From: an uncultured Armatimonadia bacterium
Lineage (GTDB): Bacteria; Armatimonadota; Zipacnadia; Zipacnadales; UBA11051
Reading direction: 5' to 3'
Length of the DNA: 64,000 bases
NCBI GenBank assembly: GCA_964622325.1
Contig: CAZUOJ010000004.1
Coordinates: 1,561 to 65,560 of the forward strand
The notes below the pieces were generated by a model. It saw only the letters and a program-made list of their open reading frames with translations, was not told the DNA's origin and searched no databases. Of this stretch, positions 37,940 through 47,857 are shown in pieces (positions within the stretch are counted from its first letter, which is position 1; each line of letters begins with the position of its first letter). Made by a program: the position numbers and the translations under genes.

Positions 37940-40309
37940 TTGTTACAATCAATTTGCAGGAAAAAAATGCTTGCTGATCGCTCTCGAAATGTTCCGATAA
38001 TGAAGAATGACATTTTTTTGCAAGAAAAACTTTTAAATTTTAGATTATTTAGCCTGATTTTGTTATTAGGATTTTGCCTTGTAGCGCCTTCCTGGACGTC
38101 TTCTTTGTCTGTAGAATTTCAGGGACATTTGCGCATAAAATTTCCTCCCCAATGGCTTATTATTAAACAAGAAAATAATACAATATTATTGAAAAGAGAA
38201 AATGAGCAGACTGTTTGTCATTTGATCTCCTGGGAGATTCCACGCGGAGGCCTCCCTCAAGCTTGGGCGGCAGCCCTTGCTTATGAATGCCTTTTGTACG
38301 AACAAAGGCCTTATCGTCGTCTTTCCAACGAAACAATCTCCACAACAAATGGCTTAGAATGGCACATTGTTTGTGGCGAAACGCTTGGGGAGCATAAGCA
38401 GATAATCCCAATTTATTTTGGCGCTTCCGCGGCGGCAGGAAGATATTGGATTTTACAGCCAGAATTGCCTCTTAATGCTGAATATGCAACACACAGCCAG
38501 CAATGTCGAGAGCTCATTGCGGGGATTGAATTTATTGATACAAAATCTTCTTCGCAAATATCGCCAAGCGCGAATGACGCCTCTACGCCTGTAGCCATCC
38601 CCACAAAGCCTTTGCCTATTCCAGCGGCGCCGCCAATGTTTCATTCGCGGCTCTCGGGCGCTGCGCCGCTTGCTTCTGATGAAGCTCTTGCGGCTCCGCA
38701 GCCATTCAAAGCACTGCCTGAACAGCCTTTGTCTAAGCCTGTTCCTGAATTGGCGCGGCCTGAGCCCTCCACAGCTTCCTTGCCGACAAAGCCCTCCACG
38801 CCGCAAACTATAAATTCTAATCCGGCGCCCGCAGATGAAAGCTCTAAGCCAGATTATAGGGCTAAAGATCCTTTGCCAGGGAGGCAAATACAAAACAAAG
38901 AAGATGACAAAGAGCAGCTTCCATACACGCCGGCCTTGAAGAGAATAAATAATGTGGCTGCAGCTTCTGTCCGTCCGGATCCGCCTTCGTTTGTGCAATT
39001 CTTTTCGCCGTTTGGATTTTCATTGGAGCTTCCGGAAAGCTGGGAAGCGATTGTGACACAAGGGCGTATTCTTGTGCAGCCATCTTCACAGGCAAGACAG
39101 CGCACAGCATTGCCTTTTCCCCAAGCCATCATATGGCCTGTCGCTCATTTGCCCGAAGGCCAAGAGCCTTCATCATTAGCGCTCGAATTATTGGGAAGAT
39201 GCAATTTAGAAAAAAGCCAGCTAGCGGCCTTGCGGCGTCGCTCCTTGGGGCAGCTTGCGCTTTTGGCAGGCGAAATAAGCAAGCTGCAGGAGCCTCATAA
39301 GCTTGTGGCGTGTTGTCATGTTCAGGGCCATCAGGGGCTTTTGACAGCCCTTATTGCGCCTATTAAGGAATTCCAGGCCTATTTGCCCATTTTGTTGCGC
39401 GTTCTCAATAGCTTTCAGGGCGGGCCCTGGCTGGCGGAACTGTCTGAGTCGCCCCGAGAAATATGGCAAGATCCTGTAAAAGGCTGGCTCAGGGTGCCCG
39501 TTCCCCAGGGCTGGCGTGTGCGCGGCCAATTGTTGTACGCAAACGGGCGCTGGGGATTATCTGTCGATTTGGAAGACACATCTGCTCAGCGCTTACGCTG
39601 TGTTTGGAGGCAGCCTGTGCTTCCTCTCTTTCGCGAATTAACGCCTGCTTTGCGGAATTTAGGCTGGCAGGAAGGCGATCGCTATCCTTCAAATACGCCG
39701 GGAGATTATTTGCGGCTCTTGCCCTTCATGGCGCCCTCGGAATTTGTGCAACGATATTGGCTGTCGGCAGGCCCCTATCGGCTTTTAGAGCCTGTCATTG
39801 AACAGACTAGTTGTGCCGCCGAATTGACGCCGCTTGTTGCGGCTCCTGAGGCGACGGCTCTTCGTGTTTTGTTGCGGGGAAAAAGAGAAGGGGAAGAACG
39901 GCAACGATTGTGTTTTGTGGCTACAGGAAAAGCAGAAATAAACGGAGAAACAGCATGCTGGCAAGCTGCGATTTTGGAGGCTGATGCGCCTGCAGGGGCA
40001 ATTGGCGCTTTGGACAAGGCACAGCGCATCTTATTCGAGGCCATTATGGGCGCTACATTGAGTCCCGAAGCGCCTGCTGAGGCTCACGCGACGCTCGCTT
40101 CGGCCAAAGCCGCCTGCACAGCATATTGGGGATTGTATGCGCCGCAGGAAAACGTCAAATTTTTAGATGATGTATTCACGGCTTCTTCGCCCAGGAAAAC
40201 AGGCCGCGTGTGGCTTTTTAATCCTGCGAGTCTGGAGCCCTGGCGACAGGCCTGGCGAGCAATGCAAGCAGGCCAGCCGCTTCATTCTGTAATGCCGGAA
40301 TTGGACTGA
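37940..40309 (+). CDS. Hypothetical secreted protein with central Pro/Ala/Ser-rich disordered linker
   Basis: 789 aa open frame. A hydrophobic N-terminal segment follows the internal Mets (LFSLILLLGFCLVAPSW). The roughly 130 aa low-complexity linker PVAIPTKPLPIPAAPP...PSTPQTINSNPAPADESSKP separates two globular parts. Confidence 0.5.
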   Translation: MLQSICRKKMLADRSRNVPIMKNDIFLQEKLLNFRLFSLILLLGFCLVAPSWTSSLSVEFQGHLRIKFPPQWLIIKQENNTILLKRENEQTVCHLISWEIPRGGLPQAWAAALAYECLLYEQRPYRRLSNETISTTNGLEWHIVCGETLGEHKQIIPIYFGASAAAGRYWILQPELPLNAEYATHSQQCRELIAGIEFIDTKSSSQISPSANDASTPVAIPTKPLPIPAAPPMFHSRLSGAAPLASDEALAAPQPFKALPEQPLSKPVPELARPEPSTASLPTKPSTPQTINSNPAPADESSKPDYRAKDPLPGRQIQNKEDDKEQLPYTPALKRINNVAAASVRPDPPSFVQFFSPFGFSLELPESWEAIVTQGRILVQPSSQARQRTALPFPQAIIWPVAHLPEGQEPSSLALELLGRCNLEKSQLAALRRRSLGQLALLAGEISKLQEPHKLVACCHVQGHQGLLTALIAPIKEFQAYLPILLRVLNSFQGGPWLAELSESPREIWQDPVKGWLRVPVPQGWRVRGQLLYANGRWGLSVDLEDTSAQRLRCVWRQPVLPLFRELTPALRNLGWQEGDRYPSNTPGDYLRLLPFMAPSEFVQRYWLSAGPYRLLEPVIEQTSCAAELTPLVAAPEATALRVLLRGKREGEERQRLCFVATGKAEINGETACWQAAILEADAPAGAIGALDKAQRILFEAIMGATLSPEAPAEAHATLASAKAACTAYWGLYAPQENVKFLDDVFTASSPRKTGRVWLFNPASLEPWRQAWRAMQAGQPLHSVMPELD

Positions 40310-40335
40310 GATTCCTGAAAAGATGGAGGATTAAC

Positions 40336-40563
40336 ATGGCACGCCGATTGGAAGAATGTGCTCATTGCAAAGGCAAAAAGCAATGTACACGCAGCGGCGG
40401 CCGCAGCTGTGATGTGTGTTTGCGGGCAGCCGGCCGCAAGCCCCGAGACTGGGCGACTGTGCGCTGCAGCTATTGCGGCGGGATGGGCAAAATCTGGATT
40501 GAAATTGAAGAGGAGGAACAAACGAAAAGCGAGGAGGAGACACAGACTGATCAGAAATCTTAG
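40336..40563 (+). CDS. Small DnaJ-type zinc-finger (CxxCxGxG-like) protein with acidic C-terminal tail
   Basis: 75 aa. GGAGG 6 nt upstream of ATG. Four C-x2-C units: CAHC, C-x(2)-C in KKQCTRSGGRSCDVC, and CSYCGGMG, which matches CxxCxGxG. Tail EIEEEEQTKSEEETQTDQKS. A terminator follows 170 nt downstream. Confidence 0.5.
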   Translation: MARRLEECAHCKGKKQCTRSGGRSCDVCLRAAGRKPRDWATVRCSYCGGMGKIWIEIEEEEQTKSEEETQTDQKS

Positions 40564-40733
40564 CTTTCCCAGCACGAAAATAAGCCTACACGCAATTTAT
40601 AAGGTGGCATATGGAAAAGGCATTAGCCTCAGGCTCTTTGACAAGCAGTTAACAGCCAGATCAAAAGCTTGACAACGCGTCAAATGTTAGAACAAAAAAG
40701 AGCCATATCAAGATAATTCAGACAGAGGAAGAG

Positions 40734-40767
40734 CACAAGCCTGTCCCAAGGCAGGCTTGTGTATTTT
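40734..40767 (+). terminator. Rho-independent terminator
   Basis: CACAAGCCTG-tcccaagg-CAGGCTTGTG, a perfect 10-bp stem, followed by TATTTT. Confidence 0.5.
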
Positions 40768-40817
40768 AGCGTATTATTCTTGGCCAGCTGTAAAATCCAG
40801 GGGCACAATGTGTTATT

Positions 40818-41939
40818 TTAGCGGCGGCCATATTCCTTTGCGTGTTGATAAAGCGCCAAAATGTTTTCCAGCGGCACATCGGGGCCTACAGTGCTTGTGG
40901 GCCCAAGGAAAAAGCCATAATGCTCGCGGCAAATGTCAATACATCTTTCCACATCTCGCTTGACATCCTCCACGGAGCCGTGCGGCAGCACATCCCGGAC
41001 GGAAATGCTGCCCATAAGGATTAATGGCTCCCCCCAGGCATCCCGCAAGCTCGTAAGCTTTTGCAGAGAAACGCGCTGATGTGGCGGAAGATATGAATCC
41101 TCCTGCAGGCCCTGAAAGCCATTGATGCCTGCTTCTAAAAGTTGGGGAATGATAGGATTGATATTGCCATCGGAATGCCAGACTTTTTTGACGCCCATTT
41201 CATTCAGCGGCTCCAGACAATAACGCAAATGCGGAAAATAAATCTCATCTAAAAGGGCAGGGCTGGCCATCGGGCCTGCATTGTCGCAAATATCCTGGCC
41301 AATATACACAAAAGGAGGCAAATCCGACATCTGGAGCGCTTGTACAAAAGCTTCATTGCTGCAGCGGCTCGTTTCAGCCGCACAACGGAAAAGCTTGTTC
41401 ATGCTTTCGGGATACAGCGCCAGAGCAGCAAAATAATTCTCATAGCCAAATGTAGAATAATACATAAAGGGGCAATCGCGGGCTTTGCCATAAGGCAAAA
41501 TAAGCATATCATCGCCGCCTTCCGCCGCGCATTGTTCCCATTCTGCCAGGATGCCCTGAATATAAGCCTCAAAATCAAATTGCTCCCGAATTTCTTTTGG
41601 GGGCGGCAAGCTTTCCGCGTAATCGCGAACATCTTCAGGGCTTGCGTATGCCGAAGGCTCGGCCCGCGTGAACTGACTTTCGCGTCCGCAGCCCATTTCC
41701 GTGCTGATGTCAGCAGATTTCGGCGTGACAATCTGGATAATCAAATCCACGCCTAATGTTCGGGCGGCTTCAATGGCGGCGCGGCGAGGCTCGCTATAGG
41801 GATCTAGTCCAGATAAATAGCGGATAGCCTCCGCGTGGGCAATAAAGCCGCCTAAGAGCGGCACGCGATCTGTCTCCTGAAACAGCCACGCCCGCCAGGC
41901 TCTTTCGCGTCCGCTCATCGGCCGGGGCTTATTTGACAT
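40818..41939 (-). CDS. Uroporphyrinogen decarboxylase (URO-D)-like TIM-barrel family protein (methyltransferase MtaA/CmuA-like superfamily)
   Basis: 373 aa. The general URO-D-like pattern is an N-terminal RVPLLGGF and a C-terminal HSDGNINPIIPQLLEAGINGFQ. Identification is by resemblance only. Confidence 0.4.
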   Translation of the reverse strand: MSNKPRPMSGRERAWRAWLFQETDRVPLLGGFIAHAEAIRYLSGLDPYSEPRRAAIEAARTLGVDLIIQIVTPKSADISTEMGCGRESQFTRAEPSAYASPEDVRDYAESLPPPKEIREQFDFEAYIQGILAEWEQCAAEGGDDMLILPYGKARDCPFMYYSTFGYENYFAALALYPESMNKLFRCAAETSRCSNEAFVQALQMSDLPPFVYIGQDICDNAGPMASPALLDEIYFPHLRYCLEPLNEMGVKKVWHSDGNINPIIPQLLEAGINGFQGLQEDSYLPPHQRVSLQKLTSLRDAWGEPLILMGSISVRDVLPHGSVEDVKRDVERCIDICREHYGFFLGPTSTVGPDVPLENILALYQHAKEYGRR

Positions 41940-42156
41940 TCTTCGCCCTCCTATTCAACACAGGCTTCCTGATTTATCTCAAAGCTCCTGTCCACAAAGG
42001 CTTTCTATTACAATGCCAATTCCCAGTAAGCTGAAGCCCTGTTCACATTTTGCGTTTGCTGCGCCTTTGTGTGTTTCACGAAGGCAATTTAGCCCAAATG
42101 ATAATAAAAAATCATTGACAAAACAAGCATGCCTCGCTATGATATTATTGAATAAT

Positions 42157-42242
42157 GCCGAAGTGGTGGAATCGGTAGACACGCAGTCCTCAGGAGGCTG
42201 TGGGCCCTGCCCGTGCCGGTTCGAGTCCGGCCTTCGGCACCA
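42157..42242 (+). tRNA. tRNA-Leu (anticodon CAG), type II with long variable arm
   Basis: GCCGAAGTGGTGGAATCGGTAGACACGCAGTCCTCAGGAGGCTGTGGGCCCTGCCCGTGCCGGTTCGAGTCCGGCCTTCGGCACCA. Near-identical acceptor and D arms to E. coli tRNA-Leu, with anticodon loop CTCAGGA. Confidence 0.9.
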
Positions 42243-42365
42243 GCTTTTTATATTCTTTTATCTAAGCTCTCTTTTATCTTTTTTTATTCTTATTTCTTTT
42301 ATTTTCTTTCTTAGTTCCCTTGTATTTTTATTTTCTTTTATTTGTTTTTGCTCCTCTTCCCAATC
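42243..42365 (+). repeat. About 120-nt polypyrimidine (T/C-rich) low-complexity tract immediately 3' of tRNA-Leu
   Basis: GCTTTTTATATTCTTTTATCTAAGCTCTCTTTTATCTTTTTTTATTCTTATTTCTTTTATTTTCTTTCTTAGTTCCCTTGTATTTTTATTTTCTTTTATTTGTTTTTGCTCCTCTTCC, with reiterated TCTTTTA/TTATTTT units. It is strongly atypical for a genome of about 55% GC. Confidence 0.5.
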
Positions 42366-42481
42366 ACTAATTGTGCGAGCGGCTGCCAGCAGCAATAAAC
42401 GGCAGCCGTTTCTGTTTTGGCTCATGTTATTCGTCAACAGAATGGCAGATCCGAGAGGCATTACGAAAGCAAGATTTAAAA

Positions 42482-43609
42482 ATGAAAGTCGCCACAGGCC
42501 TGGATGTTCTGGAACAAGAAAGCTTCAAGCCCCTGCTGGGCAAGCGGCTCGGGCTTGTATGTAATCACACAGCCATCAATCTAAAGCGCCGCCATTTGCT
42601 GGAGCTGGCGCTGGAGCATGGCGTAAATGTGCAGGCGTTGTTTGCGCCGGAGCATGGCTTCCAGGGACGCCTGGATGAGCCTGTGGCGTCCAGCATTCAT
42701 GAGCCCACAGGCCTGCCCATTTACAGCCTGTATGGCCCCCAGCAAAAGCCTGCCGCTGAAATGCTCTCCGGATTAGATGCGCTCGTATATGATATTGCTG
42801 ATGTGGGCGTGCGTTTTTACACATACACGACTACAATGACTCATTGCCTGGCGGCGGCGGCGAAAGCGGGACTGGAATTTTTTGTGCTGGACAGGCCCAA
42901 TCCCAATCGAGGCGATTGTCTGGAAGGCCCTGTATTGGACGAGCCCTTCAGCCGGCTTTCCGCCTGGCATCCGTTGCCCTTGCGTCATGGCCTGACTTCC
43001 GGCGAATTGGCGCTCTGGGCGAACGAGGCCTACAAGCTTCAGGCCAGGCTGCATGTGATTCCCTGTGCCGGCTGGCGGCGCCATATGTGGCTGCACGACA
43101 CAGGCTTGCCCTGGATTAATCCTTCTCCCAATATCCGCAATCCCCGTCAGGCGCTACTTTATATTGCTCTCGGAACGCTGGAAGCCTGTAACATTTCCGT
43201 GGGACGCGGCACGCCTACGCCCTTTGAAATTATTGGCGCGCCCTGGATGGATGAGCTTGTCGCCACGGAAGCCCTGCAGGAAGCAAACATCTCAGGATTG
43301 GCTTTCACGCCGATTGTTTTTATGCCGGAAGAAAGAGAATTCGCTGGCCAGGAATGCCGCGGCGTATTCATTAATTTATGTGACTGGCAGGCCCTGGCGC
43401 CTGTGCGAGCGGCTGTACAAATTGCCCTTGTCTTACAGCGCCTGTGGCCTGAACATTTTGGCGCTGCCCAAATGCGCCATCTTTTAGGAAGCGCAAAAGC
43501 GACAGAGGCGATTATCCAGCTACAGCCTGTGGAGGAAATTGAAGCCTTATGGGCGGACGAATTGCAGGCCTTTTGCCAGCATATCAGGGCTTTCTGGCTG
43601 TACGAATAA
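42482..43609 (+). CDS. DUF1343 family protein (NamZ-like exo-beta-N-acetylmuramidase candidate)
   Basis: MKVATGLDVL...LGLVCNHTAIN...FAPEHGF...VYDIADVG matches the conserved DUF1343 N-terminal pattern. ATG at 42482 preferred; the track starts at 42371, inside the T-rich tract. Confidence 0.65.
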   Translation: MKVATGLDVLEQESFKPLLGKRLGLVCNHTAINLKRRHLLELALEHGVNVQALFAPEHGFQGRLDEPVASSIHEPTGLPIYSLYGPQQKPAAEMLSGLDALVYDIADVGVRFYTYTTTMTHCLAAAAKAGLEFFVLDRPNPNRGDCLEGPVLDEPFSRLSAWHPLPLRHGLTSGELALWANEAYKLQARLHVIPCAGWRRHMWLHDTGLPWINPSPNIRNPRQALLYIALGTLEACNISVGRGTPTPFEIIGAPWMDELVATEALQEANISGLAFTPIVFMPEEREFAGQECRGVFINLCDWQALAPVRAAVQIALVLQRLWPEHFGAAQMRHLLGSAKATEAIIQLQPVEEIEALWADELQAFCQHIRAFWLYE

Positions 43610-43701
43610 CAAAAGACATCGCTCCTCATTGGGCTCTCTTTTAAGCAAACAACTTTGTCGTGGCGTTTCAATAAGCAGAATCAGGCTGTAAGGAGTTAAA
43701 G

Positions 43702-44484
43702 ATGAAGATTGCGCGTTTTCAGTTTCGCGGGGAAATACGCCAGGGAATTGTGGAAGGGGAAACAATCTATCCCCTGGATGCCGCCGGGCAACGCCGCAGC
43801 GGCGAGGCGCTGCCGCTTTCGGATGTCAAGCTGCTGGCGCCTGTGTGTCCGCCGAATATCTTTGCGCTGGGGCTAAATTATCGGCAGCATGCTGAAGAAT
43901 CACAAATGGCGCTGCCGGAACGTCCGCTCATTTTTTTGAAAGCGACAACATCAGTGATTGGCCCCGGAGAGCCGATTATTTTGCCCCATATGGCGCCTCA
44001 TGAAGTGGATTACGAAGCAGAATTGTGTATTGTGATTGGCAAAAAAGCCCGCAATGTCTCGGAGGAAGAGGCGCTTAATTATGTTTGGGGCTATACGTGC
44101 GGCAATGATGTATCGGCACGCGATTGCCAGCGCCGTTTGGATTATGGCCAATGGGCGCGGGCAAAAAGCTTTGACACTTTTTGTCCGCTCGGGCCCTGGA
44201 TTGAAACAGAACTCAATCCCGATAATGTGCGCATCCAATCCCGCCTGAATGGCCATATTATGCAGGATGCGCGCACCTCAGATTTGATTTTTAATTGTCG
44301 CCAGATTATCAGCTATTTAAGCCACAATTTCACGCTGTTGCCCGGCACCGTGATTATGACGGGCACGCCAGAGGGCGTGGGCTTTGTGCGCCAGCCGCCC
44401 GTCTTTTTGCGTTCGGGCGATATTGTGGAAATTGAAATCGAAGGCATTGGCGTGCTGCGCAATCCTGTTCAGGAAGAGGCGTGA
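43702..44484 (+). CDS. Fumarylacetoacetate hydrolase (FAH) family protein
   Basis: MKIARFQFRGEIRQGIV... LLAPV.P.KIFALGLNY...HA.E....P..P..FLK; 260 aa. GGAG 8 nt upstream. Confidence 0.85.
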   Translation: MKIARFQFRGEIRQGIVEGETIYPLDAAGQRRSGEALPLSDVKLLAPVCPPNIFALGLNYRQHAEESQMALPERPLIFLKATTSVIGPGEPIILPHMAPHEVDYEAELCIVIGKKARNVSEEEALNYVWGYTCGNDVSARDCQRRLDYGQWARAKSFDTFCPLGPWIETELNPDNVRIQSRLNGHIMQDARTSDLIFNCRQIISYLSHNFTLLPGTVIMTGTPEGVGFVRQPPVFLRSGDIVEIEIEGIGVLRNPVQEEA

Positions 44485-44629
44485 CATAAAACAAGACGCT
44501 ACGCCAAAGCAAATGCCAGGATGCCTCTCTATCCTATCCCTCTATTCGTCAATCAAGCCCAGATTGTTTTGGGGAGCCCGAACTTATGGCTATTAGTGTG
44601 TAAAAAATAATGTCTCCGCCCCCCTTGCC

Positions 44630-46594
44630 TCACAGGATAATTTTATAAACTTTCATTTCAAAGCCCGCAAACGAAGCGCGAATTGCATTGGCTTTGGGAA
44701 GGGGAGCAGATCCGCCTTCAGGCATTTCCTGGACGACCGATTTCGGCATACGGGGCAGCTTAAAGACGGCTTCATGCGGCTGCTCCTCATCATTGACCGC
44801 AAACAAATATATTTCTTGGCCGACACGGCGCACTGTCCAATGCAGCCATTCCTGTTTATCTGCTTTTAGGGCGGGCGCAGGCTCCACCGACAAGAGCACG
44901 GGCATCCAGCGCTTCACTTCTGCCGCCACCTGTTTTACTTCCGCCCAGCGGCGTTCAAACACTTCCGGCTCTTTCTTCAAATCAAACCAGGAATAATAGA
45001 TGAGCCCGCGCGCCCCTTCTGTAATGCATTGCCATGTCATGGAGCGCATTTCTGCATATGTCGGCGGCCGCAGCCCTTTCTTTTCCTCTTCCGTTTTCTT
45101 GTAACAAGCCCAATTCATCACTTGCGGCACCATCCAGATAGGCCGGCTATCCAGCACGCTGGCCACGCTTTGTCGTGTCCATTCTGCCGCCCTTCTGGGA
45201 GGCTGTGTCGGAATGGGATAAGGATCCGTCCCCAACACATCAAATGTCTTTCGATACAGCTCTAATTGGCCCACTTGATAGAGCACAACCCATGTGGGAT
45301 GATCCGGATCCAATTCCTCCAGCCATTCTTGATGTGCTTCCAATCGCGGCATATACTCCAAAGAAAGCTCATCATTCAAATACCAGGCTAGCAAGGCCGG
45401 ATGGGAGCGAAACTGCTTGACTTTCATTTCAATAAATGGCCGCTCATCTTCCGGGCCTTTAATTTCTTTCGGGCACCATGCCGTCCCATAATAGGCATCT
45501 TTCAATGTGTAAATGATTTTCAACCCGTAGCGCTGGATTAAATCCAGCTGCTCCGCGTTGGCGCCGCCATAAGGCATCAAACAATTGAAGGCACTGTCCG
45601 CATACATGCGCACATCCGCTTCGCTCACACTGCTCCAATACATCCCCAGCGGGAAAAACGGCTCGCCCTTGACTATCAGGCGATTGTATTCATCAATATA
45701 TGCAACCCGCTGGGCTAAATCTTGCGCAGGCACATTCAGCCGCCAGCTGTCCCGTGCCATCTCAGCCCCATTATCCTGGCGTTCTAAAATGACGAACAAC
45801 CGATAGGAGCCTACGGCAAGGCCCTGAGCAGGCAACACAAGCTTTGCTTCGGCGCTTGTGGGCGTGAGGCGGACGGAACGCACTGGCGCCCCACCTTCAG
45901 CCCGCACGATTTCGCCTCGCAGGCGCACTTGCGTCGGCTTAAGCTCATAATCTTGCAGCCGCAATTGCGCCACAAGCTCAATCTGTTTGAGCTGCGGCGT
46001 GATAATGCCCCGATAATTGGGCTTTGTGAGCATCGTCCGCAGCGGCGGCTCGCGATATTGCCGCACTTCAACATCATCCCAATAGGCTTTGCCCGTCATC
46101 CCTTTGCGCACATAACAAAGCACATAACATTTCGTTGCATTTTCAGGCACGCGCCCAGAAATCGCGCGAATTTGTGTCCAATCCCGTGTTCCCTTGATGC
46201 CCGACGGATAGGAGCCGCCCAGATATTTGTCGTCCTGCGTGTACCATTCTAGACAAATCGTTGCCCCGGAATCCATGCCGACAATATCCTCACATTTAAT
46301 CCAGGCGCTGAATTCATACATTTTGCCTGGCTCCAGCGGGATCGCCTGCCGACACAGCGCATAATTGTTCGGATCGGGATTGACAAATTGCAGGGCGCCG
46401 CTGCCAGAATGCACAGGGCTCGTAATATGGCTGTATACATTTGGGGGCCCGTTCCAGCCCTCGGGCAAGCCCTCTGCCCCCCTGACTTCAAAGCCTGGAT
46501 TTTTCACTAGATTAGGCGTTTCCTGCGCCTGGCCATAGCTTATTGCCCATAAAATCACATAAAACAAAGCCCCCAGCAAAATAGATTGCTTCAT
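44630..46594 (-). CDS. Secreted glycoside-hydrolase-like protein with N-terminal CBM4/9-like module
   Basis: Signal peptide MKQSILLGALFYVILWAISYGQA at the internal Met. NLVKNPGFEVRGAEGLPEGW...HSGSGALQF CBM-like module. TIM-barrel-like region with AWYLNDE, a possible clan GH-A NEP-type acid/base motif. Confidence 0.6.
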   Translation of the reverse strand: MKQSILLGALFYVILWAISYGQAQETPNLVKNPGFEVRGAEGLPEGWNGPPNVYSHITSPVHSGSGALQFVNPDPNNYALCRQAIPLEPGKMYEFSAWIKCEDIVGMDSGATICLEWYTQDDKYLGGSYPSGIKGTRDWTQIRAISGRVPENATKCYVLCYVRKGMTGKAYWDDVEVRQYREPPLRTMLTKPNYRGIITPQLKQIELVAQLRLQDYELKPTQVRLRGEIVRAEGGAPVRSVRLTPTSAEAKLVLPAQGLAVGSYRLFVILERQDNGAEMARDSWRLNVPAQDLAQRVAYIDEYNRLIVKGEPFFPLGMYWSSVSEADVRMYADSAFNCLMPYGGANAEQLDLIQRYGLKIIYTLKDAYYGTAWCPKEIKGPEDERPFIEMKVKQFRSHPALLAWYLNDELSLEYMPRLEAHQEWLEELDPDHPTWVVLYQVGQLELYRKTFDVLGTDPYPIPTQPPRRAAEWTRQSVASVLDSRPIWMVPQVMNWACYKKTEEEKKGLRPPTYAEMRSMTWQCITEGARGLIYYSWFDLKKEPEVFERRWAEVKQVAAEVKRWMPVLLSVEPAPALKADKQEWLHWTVRRVGQEIYLFAVNDEEQPHEAVFKLPRMPKSVVQEMPEGGSAPLPKANAIRASFAGFEMKVYKIIL

Positions 46595-46687
46595 AAGCCG
46601 TTCTCCTTTTTTACAAAATGGCGTTTTCGAATTTTTCTTCACAAAAGAAAAGCAGGAATTATTGGAAAAATCCCCTCTTTCACAGGC

Positions 46688-47644
46688 TCATCTCATAATG
46701 CGAATGTTTGTTGCCAATATCCGCAACAGGCTTTCGGCTGTTTGGGGACTGTGAACATTCAAAGCGAGAGCGAGATAATTTTTTTCCTGTATCAGATAAA
46801 CAAGGCCATATTGTGTGGAAGGCAATAAATGCGCCTGGCGGCCAATCATTGCCACGGCCTTTGCCGTCTCTTTTTTTTCTAGCTGCTCAATAATTTTTTG
46901 ATAGCTTTGCTGAGCCTCTGCTTCATTTCCACAGCGAATTAGAATAAGCTGCAAGCATGTGCCATTTTCCAGATATTGCCCTGACAATCCATCTTCAAGA
47001 GGCAAATCTAAGGGCAGCCTGTGTCGATAATAGCGCAACGAATTGGCTACTAGGCGGCCCTGAGGCATCACACGCAGCATCAAAGGCCATTGCGTCGGCT
47101 CGGGCATCACGGATAACAGGGCCTCTGCCGCGGCGCCAACAGCCGCACGATGGGCAGGAGAGGCTTTGGCGGGCAAAATCTGAACATAAAAATCATCACG
47201 CCAGATGTGCAATTCATCGCCCTTCCAATAGGAAAGAGATTTGTAATTTGCTGCTGTCGCCTCAGAATTGCGAAAGCGAGAAAACGCGCCGAAAGCTTCC
47301 AGCGATCCCGCGAATTTCAGCAATTCTATTTTCAGGGGCTCAGGAGGCGTCTTGGGCTGGATCGAAAGACAAACAGCCCATTGCCAGTCATACTCTAAAA
47401 TCTGCTGCCGGATATTTTCCGGCCACAATTCATCTGCAGCTTCGCCCATAACGATTAAGGGCTGTGCCGCCAGCTGCCAGCCATTTTGAGCGGGCAATAG
47501 GGCCGCCAGGCGTTGCAGCAGCTCTTGAGGCGTTTCAATGGCTTTTTCCGATTGTGCCGGCTCCGTATGAGCGACAAGGAAGATTCCAATAACACAGGCG
47601 GCATGGAGCCACACTGTAATGCCTGCCCTCACAATATGGCGCAT
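46688..47644 (-). CDS. Hypothetical secreted protein
   Basis: Signal peptide MRHIVRAGITVWLHAACVIGIFLVAHTEPAQS from the internal Met. No recognisable domain. Confidence 0.45.
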   Translation of the reverse strand: MRHIVRAGITVWLHAACVIGIFLVAHTEPAQSEKAIETPQELLQRLAALLPAQNGWQLAAQPLIVMGEAADELWPENIRQQILEYDWQWAVCLSIQPKTPPEPLKIELLKFAGSLEAFGAFSRFRNSEATAANYKSLSYWKGDELHIWRDDFYVQILPAKASPAHRAAVGAAAEALLSVMPEPTQWPLMLRVMPQGRLVANSLRYYRHRLPLDLPLEDGLSGQYLENGTCLQLILIRCGNEAEAQQSYQKIIEQLEKKETAKAVAMIGRQAHLLPSTQYGLVYLIQEKNYLALALNVHSPQTAESLLRILATNIRIMR

Positions 47645-47857
47645 GGGAATGCCTCCCATTTTTAGCCGAAGCGACAAAACAAAGCTGCTGTTGTGTCCTG
47701 AAAACACGCTTCTCGTGATGATTATCAACTGTTATCATATCAGTTTCGAAGCTCTTGTTCAAAATAATTTCTATACATTGCAACAAAAAATGATACGCCA
47801 GGAGGCATTTCAAATCTTTAAAAGCGTCGTTTGGGGCTGGAAAAAGCCTTTTGTGCC

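Noticed and set aside
42258-42461. 67-aa K/E/R-rich minus-strand ORF antisense to the polypyrimidine tract
   Set aside because: The composition is dictated by the A-rich complement of the tract. There is no RBS, and it overlaps the NamZ-like gene start in antisense. It would be worth re-examining only if conserved.
42013-42564. 183-aa plus-strand ORF spanning tRNA-Leu and the polypyrimidine tract
   Set aside because: It reads straight through a bona fide tRNA gene and then a T-rich tract, which yields poly-Phe/Leu/Ser. It is an artefact.
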